Shown: positions 15,457 to 23,321 of the stretch, piece after piece
How positions within the stretch are numbered: position 1 is the first letter of the stretch
Layout: each line of letters starts with the position of its first letter
Program-made: the position numbers and the translations under genes
NCBI GenBank assembly: GCA_034664125.1
Contig: JAXDIG010000023.1
Span: 4,025 to 68,024 of the forward strand
Direction: 5' to 3'
DNA from: Thermoleophilaceae bacterium
Lineage (GTDB): Bacteria > Actinomycetota > Thermoleophilia > Solirubrobacterales > Thermoleophilaceae
Length of the DNA: 64,000 nt
The notes under the pieces: model-generated
Database searches by the model: none
Told to the model about the DNA's origin: nothing
The model's input: only the letters and a program-made list of their open reading frames with translations

Positions 15457-17169
15457 ATGCCGGAGCAGAAAAGCAAGGGCTTGCTGCGCCCGCGTCCGCT
15501 CGCGCTCTATCACGAGCGCACGCGCCGCAGGGGGGTCAATTCGCTCGTCTACTGGCCCATTCGCTGGGTGGTGAAGCCGAGCATCCTCGTTTACTTCCGC
15601 CTGCGCCGGCTCGGGCGCGAGCACATCCCGTCCGGCGGCGTGATCCTCGCGGCCAACCACCGCAGCTTCCTCGATCCGTTCGCGATCGGCTGCTGCAACC
15701 CGCGGCCGATCTACTTCGTCGCGAAGGAGGAGCTGTTTCGCAACCCGCTCCTGGGGTGGTTCTTGAACTGCATGGGCGCGTTCCCCGTGTGCCGCGGCAA
15801 GTCGGACGAGGAATCCGTCAAGACCTCGCTGGCGCTGCTCGAGCGCGGCCAGGCCGTGGTGATCTTCCCCGAGGGGACGCGCATCCGGTTCGGGTCGCTT
15901 GCCAAGCCGAAGCGCGGCGTCGGGCGCCTGGCGCTCCAGAGCGGCGCGCCGGTTGTGCCGATCGCGATCACCGGCAGCGAGCACGCCCGCGCCGGCTGGA
16001 AGATCAAGCCGGTCCGCGTGCACGTTCGGTTTGGCCCGGCGCTCACCTACCCGCGCGTGGAGGACCCGTCCCCGTTCCTGGCCGGCGAGGTGACCGAACG
16101 CATCTGGCCGTGCGTCGGGCTGCAGTGGGAGTGGCTCGGTGGGCTGCCGCCGCTGCGCACCGCCGCGGTCATCGGCGGCGGCTCCATGGGCACGGCGATC
16201 TCCTCGGTACTCGCCCGCGCCGGGCTCGAGGTGCAGCTCGGCTGCCGCACGACCTCGCAGGCCGCGCGCCTGCTCGAGGATCGCGAGAACGCCGGGTACC
16301 TGCCGGGGGTGGCGCTCGAAAAGGCGATCGAGCCCAAGACCGTCCGTGAAATCGAGTTCGCCGGCGTGGATCTGGTCGTGCTCGCGGTGCCGTGCAGCAG
16401 CCTGCCCGCAGCGATCGGCGAGATCGGCGTCCGGGTCGGCGACCGCAGCGCCGTGCTGGTGGCGTCCAAGGGGCTGGTGCCGCCGCTCGGCACCACGCCC
16501 ACCGCCTACGTCGCCGAGCGCGTGCCTGCCCGCGCCGTCGCAAGCCTCGGCGGGCCCGTCCACGCGCGCGAGGCGATCGAGATCGGCGCCGCCGTGGTGG
16601 TGGCCACCCGCAACCCGGACCTGCGCCGTCAGCTGCGCGAGGTGCTCAACGCAGGCGGCCTGACGGTCGAGACCACCGATGACGTGACCGGCGCGGAGCT
16701 GGCCGCCTGCGCCAAGAACGCGGCGGCGCTCGCGTCGGGGGCGGCGGGCCTGCGCGGCGCCAACCTCGCCGGCGCCGCGGCCGGGCGGATCTTCTCGGAG
16801 GTGCACGACCTGGCCGTGGCCAGCGGCGGGCGCAGCGAGACCTTCGCCGGCCTGGCCGGCGCCGGCGACCTGGTGGCCACCGCGATCGCCGAGGGCAGCC
16901 GCAACCGCCGCGCGGGCGAGCTGGTCGGCGCCGGCATGCCGGCTGGGCAGGTCGAGGCTGCCGTGCGGCAGACCGCCGAGTCCCTGGCGACCGTGCCCCT
17001 GCTCAGCGAGGCGTTCGCCCGCGAGGGCATCGACGCCCCCATCACGACCGGCCTGCGCCGCGTGCTAGCGGGCGAGGCATCGCCCGAGCAGTGGCTCGAG
17101 AGCGTTGTGCAGCGCGAAGCCGGAGCGGAGCACCCGCGCCGCCTGACCGCGCGTGGGTCCGCCGTCTAG
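15457..17169 (+). CDS. Fusion protein: 1-acyl-sn-glycerol-3-phosphate acyltransferase (PlsC) + NAD(P)H-dependent glycerol-3-phosphate dehydrogenase (GpsA)
   Basis: The N-terminal half has ANHRSFLDP (the HX4D motif), FPEGTR and GAPVVPIAI. The C-terminal half has AVIGGGSMGTAISSVLA...ENAGYLPGV...LVVLAVP...SKGL, matching GpsA. The frame is continuous for 570 aa. Confidence 0.85.
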   Translation: MPEQKSKGLLRPRPLALYHERTRRRGVNSLVYWPIRWVVKPSILVYFRLRRLGREHIPSGGVILAANHRSFLDPFAIGCCNPRPIYFVAKEELFRNPLLGWFLNCMGAFPVCRGKSDEESVKTSLALLERGQAVVIFPEGTRIRFGSLAKPKRGVGRLALQSGAPVVPIAITGSEHARAGWKIKPVRVHVRFGPALTYPRVEDPSPFLAGEVTERIWPCVGLQWEWLGGLPPLRTAAVIGGGSMGTAISSVLARAGLEVQLGCRTTSQAARLLEDRENAGYLPGVALEKAIEPKTVREIEFAGVDLVVLAVPCSSLPAAIGEIGVRVGDRSAVLVASKGLVPPLGTTPTAYVAERVPARAVASLGGPVHAREAIEIGAAVVVATRNPDLRRQLREVLNAGGLTVETTDDVTGAELAACAKNAAALASGAAGLRGANLAGAAAGRIFSEVHDLAVASGGRSETFAGLAGAGDLVATAIAEGSRNRRAGELVGAGMPAGQVEAAVRQTAESLATVPLLSEAFAREGIDAPITTGLRRVLAGEASPEQWLESVVQREAGAEHPRRLTARGSAV

Positions 17170-17181
17170 GCTGCGCAATGA

Positions 17182-17739
17182 GTGGACGACGTAGTCGACA
17201 AGCAGCGACTCGATCGCGACTTCACGGAGCTCTACCGGGCCCACCTGCGCGACGTCTACTCGTACGCCTACTACCGGATCGGCAACCACCACGACGCGGA
17301 GGATCTGACCGAGCAGACCTTCCTGCAGGCCTACCGCCACTTCGATCGCGCGCAGCGCGAGTCGAACGGCCGGCCGCTGCGGCCGTGGCTGATCCGCATC
17401 GCCCACAACCTTGCCGCCAACTACTACCGCGACCGCTCCAGGCGACCGGTCACGCAGCTCGACGACGCCGCGATCATCTCGTCCCCGCACGGGACCGAGG
17501 AGATGGTCGAGGGGCGCGAGGAGGTCAAGGAGGTGCTGCGGGGCGTCTCGGAGCTTCCGGACGACCGCCGCGAGGCGCTGATCATGCGCTTCGCGCTGGA
17601 CATGGACAACCGGGAGATCGCGCGGGCGCTGGGGCGCTCCGAAGGCGCGACCAAGGTGTTGATCCACAGGGCGATCAAGCAGCTGGAGCAGGGCTTGGAA
17701 GAGGAGTCGGCAGGCGATGAGGCGGGTGTGGAGCAATGA
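17182..17739 (+). CDS. ECF-type RNA polymerase sigma factor
   Basis: Region 2 reads DAEDLTEQTFLQAYRHF...PWLIRIAHNLAANYYR. Region 4 reads LPDDRREALIMRFALDMDNREIARALGRSEGATKVLIHRA. The start is GTG. Confidence 0.9.
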   Translation: MDDVVDKQRLDRDFTELYRAHLRDVYSYAYYRIGNHHDAEDLTEQTFLQAYRHFDRAQRESNGRPLRPWLIRIAHNLAANYYRDRSRRPVTQLDDAAIISSPHGTEEMVEGREEVKEVLRGVSELPDDRREALIMRFALDMDNREIARALGRSEGATKVLIHRAIKQLEQGLEEESAGDEAGVEQ

Positions 17740-18071
17740 GTGACGCGGAGCGGGTCGAGCGGCTGCTGAAGATGGCGTTCGCGCCGGTGGAGCCGCCGGA
17801 GGCGCTCTCCGACCGCCTCGAGCGCGGCCTCACCGAGATGGCCGACGCGGCGGCCGGCGAGCTGGCCGAGTGGGAGCTGTCCGCGATGAGCGACCCGCGC
17901 AACTGGGTCCGCCCGGCGGCAGCCGTCGTGGTCGGCGGGATCGCGGCCGGCGGACTGGTGCTGGTGCGCGCCCGTCAGCATCAGAAGAAGCGCAACAGCT
18001 CCGGGCTGAAGTCGCTGGAGCGCTCGCTGCGCGACGTCGCGGACGACCTCGAGAAGCGGCTGCGCGGCTAG
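17736..18071 (+). CDS. Putative single-pass anti-sigma factor
   Basis: Its ATG overlaps the sigma stop (ATGA). One transmembrane segment (AAAVVVGGIAAGGLVLV) is present. The assignment rests on position only. Confidence 0.6.
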   Translation: MSDAERVERLLKMAFAPVEPPEALSDRLERGLTEMADAAAGELAEWELSAMSDPRNWVRPAAAVVVGGIAAGGLVLVRARQHQKKRNSSGLKSLERSLRDVADDLEKRLRG

Positions 18072-18073
18072 CG
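18043..18073. repeat. 31-bp perfect direct repeat, copy 1 (ACGACCTCGAGAAGCGGCTGCGCGGCTAGCG)
   Basis: The sequence is identical to 18628-18658. It covers the last codons and stop of the anti-sigma gene. Confidence 0.95.
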
Positions 18074-18586
18074 GGACGGGCCGGCGAGGGGCCGGGCCTG
18101 GTCCGCCTCGGGGTCGAATAGCACGCGCCTACCGTGGGCGCGCTCCCAGCGCCGGACCTGTATCAGCGCGACCAGCGCGGCGATCGCGTAGCCAAATTGC
18201 TGACCCGGAACGATGAGGGCGCCGACGTTCGAGTTGTCGGCGATCCACGCGATCAGCACACAGATGGGCGCGAGGACCAGAAGCCAGAGAGCCGAGGAGA
18301 ATTTCACTTGCCTGGATTCGACCGTCATGCCCAGCGGCGCCTCCTGCAGCGTGCCGTGCGGGACCAGGTGGGCCGTGTCGCGGAGGTAGTCCAGCGCTCC
18401 GAGGACCGCCGCCCCCGCGACCGCGCCGGCGATCATGTCGCGCGGGCGCCAGTCGAAGACGGCCACCTCGACGGCGGCGAGCCCGAGCCCGATCAGCGGC
18501 GCAACTACCGCTGCCTGGCCGAGCGTCGGCGCGGCTTCCGCCAGCGCTTCGACACGCGGGACCGGGTCGCTGCTCGCCACCGCCAC
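18068..18586 (-). CDS. Hypothetical multi-pass membrane protein, the cargo of the repeat-bracketed insertion
   Basis: The ORF is 172 aa with several hydrophobic helices. Part of the gene has visibly lower G+C than its neighbours. Confidence 0.6.
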   Translation of the reverse strand: MAVASSDPVPRVEALAEAAPTLGQAAVVAPLIGLGLAAVEVAVFDWRPRDMIAGAVAGAAVLGALDYLRDTAHLVPHGTLQEAPLGMTVESRQVKFSSALWLLVLAPICVLIAWIADNSNVGALIVPGQQFGYAIAALVALIQVRRWERAHGRRVLFDPEADQARPLAGPSR

Positions 18587-18627
18587 TCGACAATCGTAGA
18601 CCGGTCAGCGCCCGCAGCGCGGGGGGA

Positions 18628-18658
18628 ACGACCTCGAGAAGCGGCTGCGCGGCTAGCG
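18628..18658. repeat. 31-bp perfect direct repeat, copy 2
   Basis: The sequence is identical to 18043-18073. It contains the stop codon of the minus-strand methyltransferase gene. Confidence 0.95.
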
Positions 18659-19372
18659 CAGCCAGAGGCGGATCGCGACCACGCGTGCGATCCGCTTGAG
18701 CCCCGTTCGCTCGGGCACCTCCATCACCCGCGCCCCCAACGGCGACCGCGAGGTGCCGTCGACGAACGCCAAGCTGGAGGCGTCGAGGAACTTGCCGTCG
18801 AAGCCGGCGAGCAGCGCGCGCGCGTCGCGCTCCAGCTCGTCGACCGGCTGCCCGCCCGCCGTCGCGTAGAACCCGAGCGAGATCGCGACCGGATCGCCGG
18901 GGTGGGCGTAGGAGAAGCTCGTGAAGGCCGGGAACCCGGCGTCGGAGAGCAGCTCCGCGACCTCGTCGGTGTCGAACAGCGACTTGTGGAGCTGCTCGAA
19001 GTAGGCGTTCGGCGCGACCAGCTCGGGGTCGCCGTGCGTGTACCAGTACGCGTTGTAGAGGTTGAAAACCGGCCCGATCGTGCCCGGGCCGCCGTTCAGG
19101 TAGAGCTCGGCGATCGCGCGGAAGTTAGGCAGCCCCAGATAGCAAACGAAGCCGTCGGCGGCGAGAGCACGGCGTACGGAGCGCAGATGCGCGACGCGCT
19201 TGCCGCGCGGCAGGTGCTCGAAGAACGCGTTGCTGACGATTCCGGACGCGTCCTCGATGCCGGTGACCTCGGTCAGGTCGGCGACGAGGTCGGTCGCCTC
19301 GCTGGGCTCGATGTCGACGTTGGTCCAGCCCTCCAGGCGAGTGCGGCCGCAGCCGAGGTTGTAGCGCCCCAT
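18653..19372 (-). CDS. Class I SAM-dependent methyltransferase-like protein
   Basis: The protein starts MGRYNLGCGRTRLEGWTNVDI (motif I-like) and contains FEHLPR. The track ORF 18653..20506 is a run-through composite; the ATG at 19372 is used here. Confidence 0.65.
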   Translation of the reverse strand: MGRYNLGCGRTRLEGWTNVDIEPSEATDLVADLTEVTGIEDASGIVSNAFFEHLPRGKRVAHLRSVRRALAADGFVCYLGLPNFRAIAELYLNGGPGTIGPVFNLYNAYWYTHGDPELVAPNAYFEQLHKSLFDTDEVAELLSDAGFPAFTSFSYAHPGDPVAISLGFYATAGGQPVDELERDARALLAGFDGKFLDASSLAFVDGTSRSPLGARVMEVPERTGLKRIARVVAIRLWLR

Positions 19373-19410
19373 GAGCGGCGCAATCCTAGCCACGCGGGCG
19401 GGCACCCCCG

Positions 19411-19845
19411 CTAAGCCGGGGCCGGGCTCTGCGTGCTCGGCGGTGCCGTCGCCGGGGTTGCGAAGCCGGCGCCCACGCCCGCGATGCCGATCAGCAGGTG
19501 CAGGAAGTTGTCCTCGGTGTTCACCGGGATCAGGTTGACGATCTCGTCGCCGTTTCCGGCGAGGAAGCCGAGCAGCGCGACGACCAGGTAGATGGCGCCG
19601 ATGCCGACCGCGTAAGCGCGCGAGCCTCCGTACGAGCCCGCGGCCAGCAGCCCGATGGCCCCCGAGCCGATGTGGACCAGGTTGTGCCAGCCGTTCACGT
19701 CCAGGATGCCGAGCACGGCGTCGCGCTCGGTGCCGTCGCCGGTGCCGAAGCTGGCGCTGTAGAAGAAGCCCACGATGCCGGCCACGGTCAGCGTCGCCCC
19801 GATCACCAGGGCGAAGACCTGTGCGGGAGAGCGGACCCCTTCCAT
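19411..19845 (-). CDS. DUF4383-family membrane protein
   Basis: The sequence reads SPAQVFALVIGATLTVAGIVGFF...NGWHNLVHIGSGAIGLLAA...EDNFLHLLIGIAGV. The ATG at 19845 follows an AAGGGGG Shine-Dalgarno sequence. Confidence 0.75.
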   Translation of the reverse strand: MEGVRSPAQVFALVIGATLTVAGIVGFFYSASFGTGDGTERDAVLGILDVNGWHNLVHIGSGAIGLLAAGSYGGSRAYAVGIGAIYLVVALLGFLAGNGDEIVNLIPVNTEDNFLHLLIGIAGVGAGFATPATAPPSTQSPAPA

Positions 19846-19900
19846 TGCAGCCCCCTTCGACGGATGATCCGTGTATCCCTCCGCAGCGTAAGGATGTCCA

Positions 19901-20485
19901 GTGGTGGCCACCGACATTCGGAACCTCGCCGACGAGGAGGTAATGCAGCTGGTCGGCGACGGTAGTCCGCTGGCCTTCGAGCTGCTCTACGACCGTCACG
20001 GCGCCGCCGCCTTCTCGCTGGCCTATCGCATGGTCGGCGACCGCGTCACGGCCGAGGACGTCTCGCAGGAGGCGTTCCTGTCGATCTGGCGCAGCCGCAT
20101 GCGCTATGACGCGTCGCGCGGCAGCGTGCGCACGTGGGTGCTCGGGATCGTCCACAACCGCACCATCGACGCGCTCCGCCGCGGGTCCGTGCACGAGCGC
20201 CGGCGCGAGCAGTTCGAGGGCGTCGAGGAGCGCCACGAGGCACCCGAGCGGACGGATGTGGAGGCCGCCCGCCGTGAGGAGGCGCGCAGCGTTCGCAGCG
20301 CCCTCGACACACTTCCCGCGGAGCAGCGCCGCGCGATCGAGTTGGCGTACTTCGGGGGGTTCAGCCACAGTCAGATAGCCGAGCTGCTCGACGAGCCGAT
20401 TGGCACCATCAAGGGAAGGATGCGCCTCGGGCTCGAGAAGCTGAGGTACCAGCTGGCCGACTTCGCGGCCGGGGAATTCGCGTGA
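19901..20485 (+). CDS. ECF sigma factor (SigK-like)
   Basis: The sequence reads AEDVSQEAFLSIWRS...TWVLGIVHNRTIDALRR...LPAEQRRAIELAYFGGFSHSQIAELLDEPIGTIKGRMRLGL. Confidence 0.9.
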   Translation: MVATDIRNLADEEVMQLVGDGSPLAFELLYDRHGAAAFSLAYRMVGDRVTAEDVSQEAFLSIWRSRMRYDASRGSVRTWVLGIVHNRTIDALRRGSVHERRREQFEGVEERHEAPERTDVEAARREEARSVRSALDTLPAEQRRAIELAYFGGFSHSQIAELLDEPIGTIKGRMRLGLEKLRYQLADFAAGEFA

Positions 20486-21213
20486 CGACAGGGGACCACA
20501 CGACATACAGGGATGAGGTCGCCGCCTACCTGCTGGGCGCCCTCTCCGATGCCGAACGCGGCTCGTTCGAGGCGCACCTGGCCAGCTGCCCGGAGTGCCG
20601 GGACGAGCTCGAGCGGCTCCGTCCCGCGGCTGACCTGCTGCCGCGCTCGGTCGAGCAGCTGGAGCCGCCGCCGAGCCTCAAGCGCTCGCTGATGGAGGTG
20701 GTCGAGCGCGAGGCCCGCGAAGGCGCGGCCGCCGCCGACGGGCCCGCCCCCGGCCGGCGCACGCGCCGGTCGCTGGGGGAGCGTCTGCGCGGGCTGTTCG
20801 GACCGATCCGGCCGGCGCTTGCCGCCGGCGTGCTGGCGGCCGGGCTGCTCGTGGGCTATGGCGTGGCGCAGCTGGGCGGCAGCCCGGGCAGCCGCACCGA
20901 GGTCGCGAGCGTGAACAGGAGCGTCCTGCCGGACGCCAGCGGCAGGCTCGAGATCAAGGACGACGGCAAGGACGGCGCGATCCTCCAGGTCCACGGGATG
21001 CCGTCGCTGCCGGCGGGGCAGGTCTACCAGGCCTGGCTCGAGCGCGACGGGATGATCGAGCCCGAGCCCACCTTCGAGGTCGGTGGGGACGGCAGCGGCG
21101 CGGTCGCCGTGCCGGACGACCTCTCCCAAGCCGACGCCGTGCACCTCACGCGCGAGCCGCGCGGCGGCTCGCGTGCACCGAGCGAGAAGCCGATTCTCAC
21201 GGTCAGGCTGTAG
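20482..21213 (+). CDS. Anti-sigma-K factor RskA-like (zinc-finger anti-sigma N-terminus, TM, RskA C-terminal domain)
   Basis: The N-terminus has AYLLGALSDAERGSFEAHLASCPECRDEL. A transmembrane segment is followed by LPAGQVYQAWLE...HLTREPRGGS. The GTG overlaps the sigma stop. Confidence 0.85.
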   Translation: MTTGDHTTYRDEVAAYLLGALSDAERGSFEAHLASCPECRDELERLRPAADLLPRSVEQLEPPPSLKRSLMEVVEREAREGAAAADGPAPGRRTRRSLGERLRGLFGPIRPALAAGVLAAGLLVGYGVAQLGGSPGSRTEVASVNRSVLPDASGRLEIKDDGKDGAILQVHGMPSLPAGQVYQAWLERDGMIEPEPTFEVGGDGSGAVAVPDDLSQADAVHLTREPRGGSRAPSEKPILTVRL

Positions 21214-21233
21214 CCGCAGCTAGGTTTCCCTCA

Positions 21234-22046
21234 GTGGAAACCTGCTACCGGCACCCCAACCGCGAAACCGGCGTGCGCTGCTCGAACTGCGAGCGGCCGA
21301 TCTGCCCGGACTGCATGACCACCACGCCGGTCGGGATGCGCTGCCCCGAGTGCGCGCGGCAGCGCACCAAGGTGCGCGGCATGAGCTCGGCGACCAACGA
21401 GCCGGTCCTCACCTACGTCCTGATGGGCATCTGCGTGGCCGCCTTCGTCGGGGAGCTGGCCGGCGGGGCGAGCGCCACCGGCGGCGGCTTCGGCGGCAGC
21501 CGGCTGTTCGAGGAGGGCGCGCTGCGGGGCCACGAGGTAGCCGGCGGCGACTACTGGCGCGTGCTCACCGCCGGGTTCCTCCACGCCGGCTTCTTCCACC
21601 TGCTCTTCAACATGTTCTCGCTGTGGATCCTCGGCTCGCTGCTGGAGCCGGCGATCGGTCACCTGCGCTTCGCGCTGATCTTCTTCGTGTCGCTGCTCGC
21701 CGGGTCGTTTGGAGCCCTGGTCGTCGACCCGAACTCGCTGACGGTGGGCGCCTCCGGCGGCATCTTCGGGCTGATGGGCGCCGCCGTGGTGGTGATGCGC
21801 AACCGCGGCATCAACCCGATGGAGAGCGGAATCGGCCTCTGGATCGGCCTGAACCTGCTGATCACGTTCACCGTGTCGAACATCTCGATCGGCGGGCACA
21901 TCGGCGGCCTGATCGGCGGCACGCTGGCCGCGCTCGTGCTGTTCGACGTGCCGCAGGCGCTGCGGCTGCCGCCGCCGGCGGCCAACCTGCTCTGTGCCGG
22001 GCTGGGCGCGGCCGCCGTGGTCGGGTCGATCATGGTGGCCGGCTAG
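21234..22046 (+). CDS. Rhomboid-family intramembrane serine protease with an N-terminal zinc ribbon
   Basis: The zinc ribbon is CYRHPNRETGVRCSNCERPICPDC...CPEC. Rhomboid motifs are FLHAGFFHLLFNM, GASGGIFGL and GGHIGG. Confidence 0.9.
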   Translation: METCYRHPNRETGVRCSNCERPICPDCMTTTPVGMRCPECARQRTKVRGMSSATNEPVLTYVLMGICVAAFVGELAGGASATGGGFGGSRLFEEGALRGHEVAGGDYWRVLTAGFLHAGFFHLLFNMFSLWILGSLLEPAIGHLRFALIFFVSLLAGSFGALVVDPNSLTVGASGGIFGLMGAAVVVMRNRGINPMESGIGLWIGLNLLITFTVSNISIGGHIGGLIGGTLAALVLFDVPQALRLPPPAANLLCAGLGAAAVVGSIMVAG

Positions 22047-22948
22047 GCCGTAGCGCGCTCGACCTCGAGCTCGATCGAGCGCCGCGACGGCGGGGCCGGC
22101 ACGAGCTCGGGGTGGAGCAGGTGGCCGAGCAGCTCCACGCCGTCCACCAGGCGCGGGCCCGGTCGCGAGAAGTAGGCGGCCGCGTCCACGGCGAACACGC
22201 GGGCGCCGACCTGCGCGAGGTGCTTGCGCCAGCGCACCGTCTCCGCCGCGGCCTGCTCGGCGTAGTACCCGCACGGCATGGACACCACGACCTCGGGGGC
22301 GGCCGCCTCCACCTCGCCCCACTCGGCGGTCCGGGACCTCTCGCCCGGCAGGCCGAGCGCGTCCTCGCCGCCGGCCAGCTCGATCATCTGCGGCACCCAG
22401 TGCCCGCCGATGTAGATCGGGTCCATCCACTCGAGCGCCACCACGCGCGGTCGCGCGGCGCCCTCGACGGCGCGCTCGACCGCCTCCAGGCGCTCGCCCG
22501 CCTCGGCCACCAGCCGCTCCCCGGCCTCGGGCACTCCGGCGGCGTCCGCCAGGCGTGGCACGTCCGCGATCACCTCGCCCAGCGTGGAGGGGTCGAGGGC
22601 GATCACCTCAGGGTTCGTGGGCAGCCGCTCGGCCACGGCGCGCACGTCGTCGAACGACACGGCGCAGACCTCGCAGACCGCCTGGGTCACGATCAGCTCG
22701 ACCTCCAGGTCCGCGAGCAGGTGCTCGTCCAGCTCGTAGAGCGACTCTCCGCGGCTGGTCCGCTCGCGCACGGCGAGGTCGATCCCGGCGGCGTCGAGCC
22801 CCTCTCCGATCACGCTGCGCGTCAGGTGCGGGAGTTGCTCCGCGGCGGGCGGGTAGTCACACTCGTGAGTGACCGCCACCACGCGGTCGCCCAGGCCGAG
22901 GGCGAAGAGCATCTCGGTCGCCGATGGGACAAGCGAAGCGATGCGCAT
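22043..22948 (-). CDS. Periplasmic-binding-protein type 2 (BtuF / cobalamin or Fe-chelate binding-like) protein without an obvious signal peptide
   Basis: The protein starts MRIASLVPSATEMLFALGLGDRVVAVTHECDYP and contains LIVTQ...PSTL. The ATG at 22948 is used. Confidence 0.75.
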   Translation of the reverse strand: MRIASLVPSATEMLFALGLGDRVVAVTHECDYPPAAEQLPHLTRSVIGEGLDAAGIDLAVRERTSRGESLYELDEHLLADLEVELIVTQAVCEVCAVSFDDVRAVAERLPTNPEVIALDPSTLGEVIADVPRLADAAGVPEAGERLVAEAGERLEAVERAVEGAARPRVVALEWMDPIYIGGHWVPQMIELAGGEDALGLPGERSRTAEWGEVEAAAPEVVVSMPCGYYAEQAAAETVRWRKHLAQVGARVFAVDAAAYFSRPGPRLVDGVELLGHLLHPELVPAPPSRRSIELEVERATA

Positions 22949-22958
22949 GGAGACGAGG

Positions 22959-23237
22959 ATGGCACGTCTAACTGACGAGGAGATCGAGGACCGCCTGGCC
23001 GAGGTGGAGGGCTGGGAGCGGGAGGGCGACGCGATTCGCCAGCGGTTCAAGCACGACGATTTCAAGGGCTCGGTGGACTTCGTGAACCGGCTCACCTCCG
23101 AGGCGGAGGACATGAATCACCACCCGGACCTGGCGATCTCGTGGAACGAGGTGACGGTCACGATCACCTCGCACTCCGAGGGCGGCCTCACGGCGAACGA
23201 CTTCGAGCTGGCTCGCCGCATCGAACAAGTGGCGTGA
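22959..23237 (+). CDS. 4a-hydroxytetrahydrobiopterin dehydratase (PCD/DCoH)
   Basis: The sequence reads LTDEEIEDRLAEVEGWERE...F..F....DFVNRL...AEDMNHHPDL...WNEVTVTITSHS.GGLT. An alternative ATG lies at 22947. Confidence 0.85.
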   Translation: MARLTDEEIEDRLAEVEGWEREGDAIRQRFKHDDFKGSVDFVNRLTSEAEDMNHHPDLAISWNEVTVTITSHSEGGLTANDFELARRIEQVA

Positions 23238-23321
23238 AGCCCCTTTGCTACTCTCGCGGCGTCCGCGAATGAGCGACGACGAACCTCCTCGAAGTAGCCC
23301 GCTGACAGCCGCCGGCACGCG

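Noticed and set aside
18653-20506. A 617-aa minus ORF read as a single gene.
   Set aside because: It is a run-through of three regions: the methyltransferase, a gap, and the antisense of the ECF sigma gene. Only the C-terminal 239 aa (from ATG 19372) look like a real protein, and DUF4383 is in another frame.
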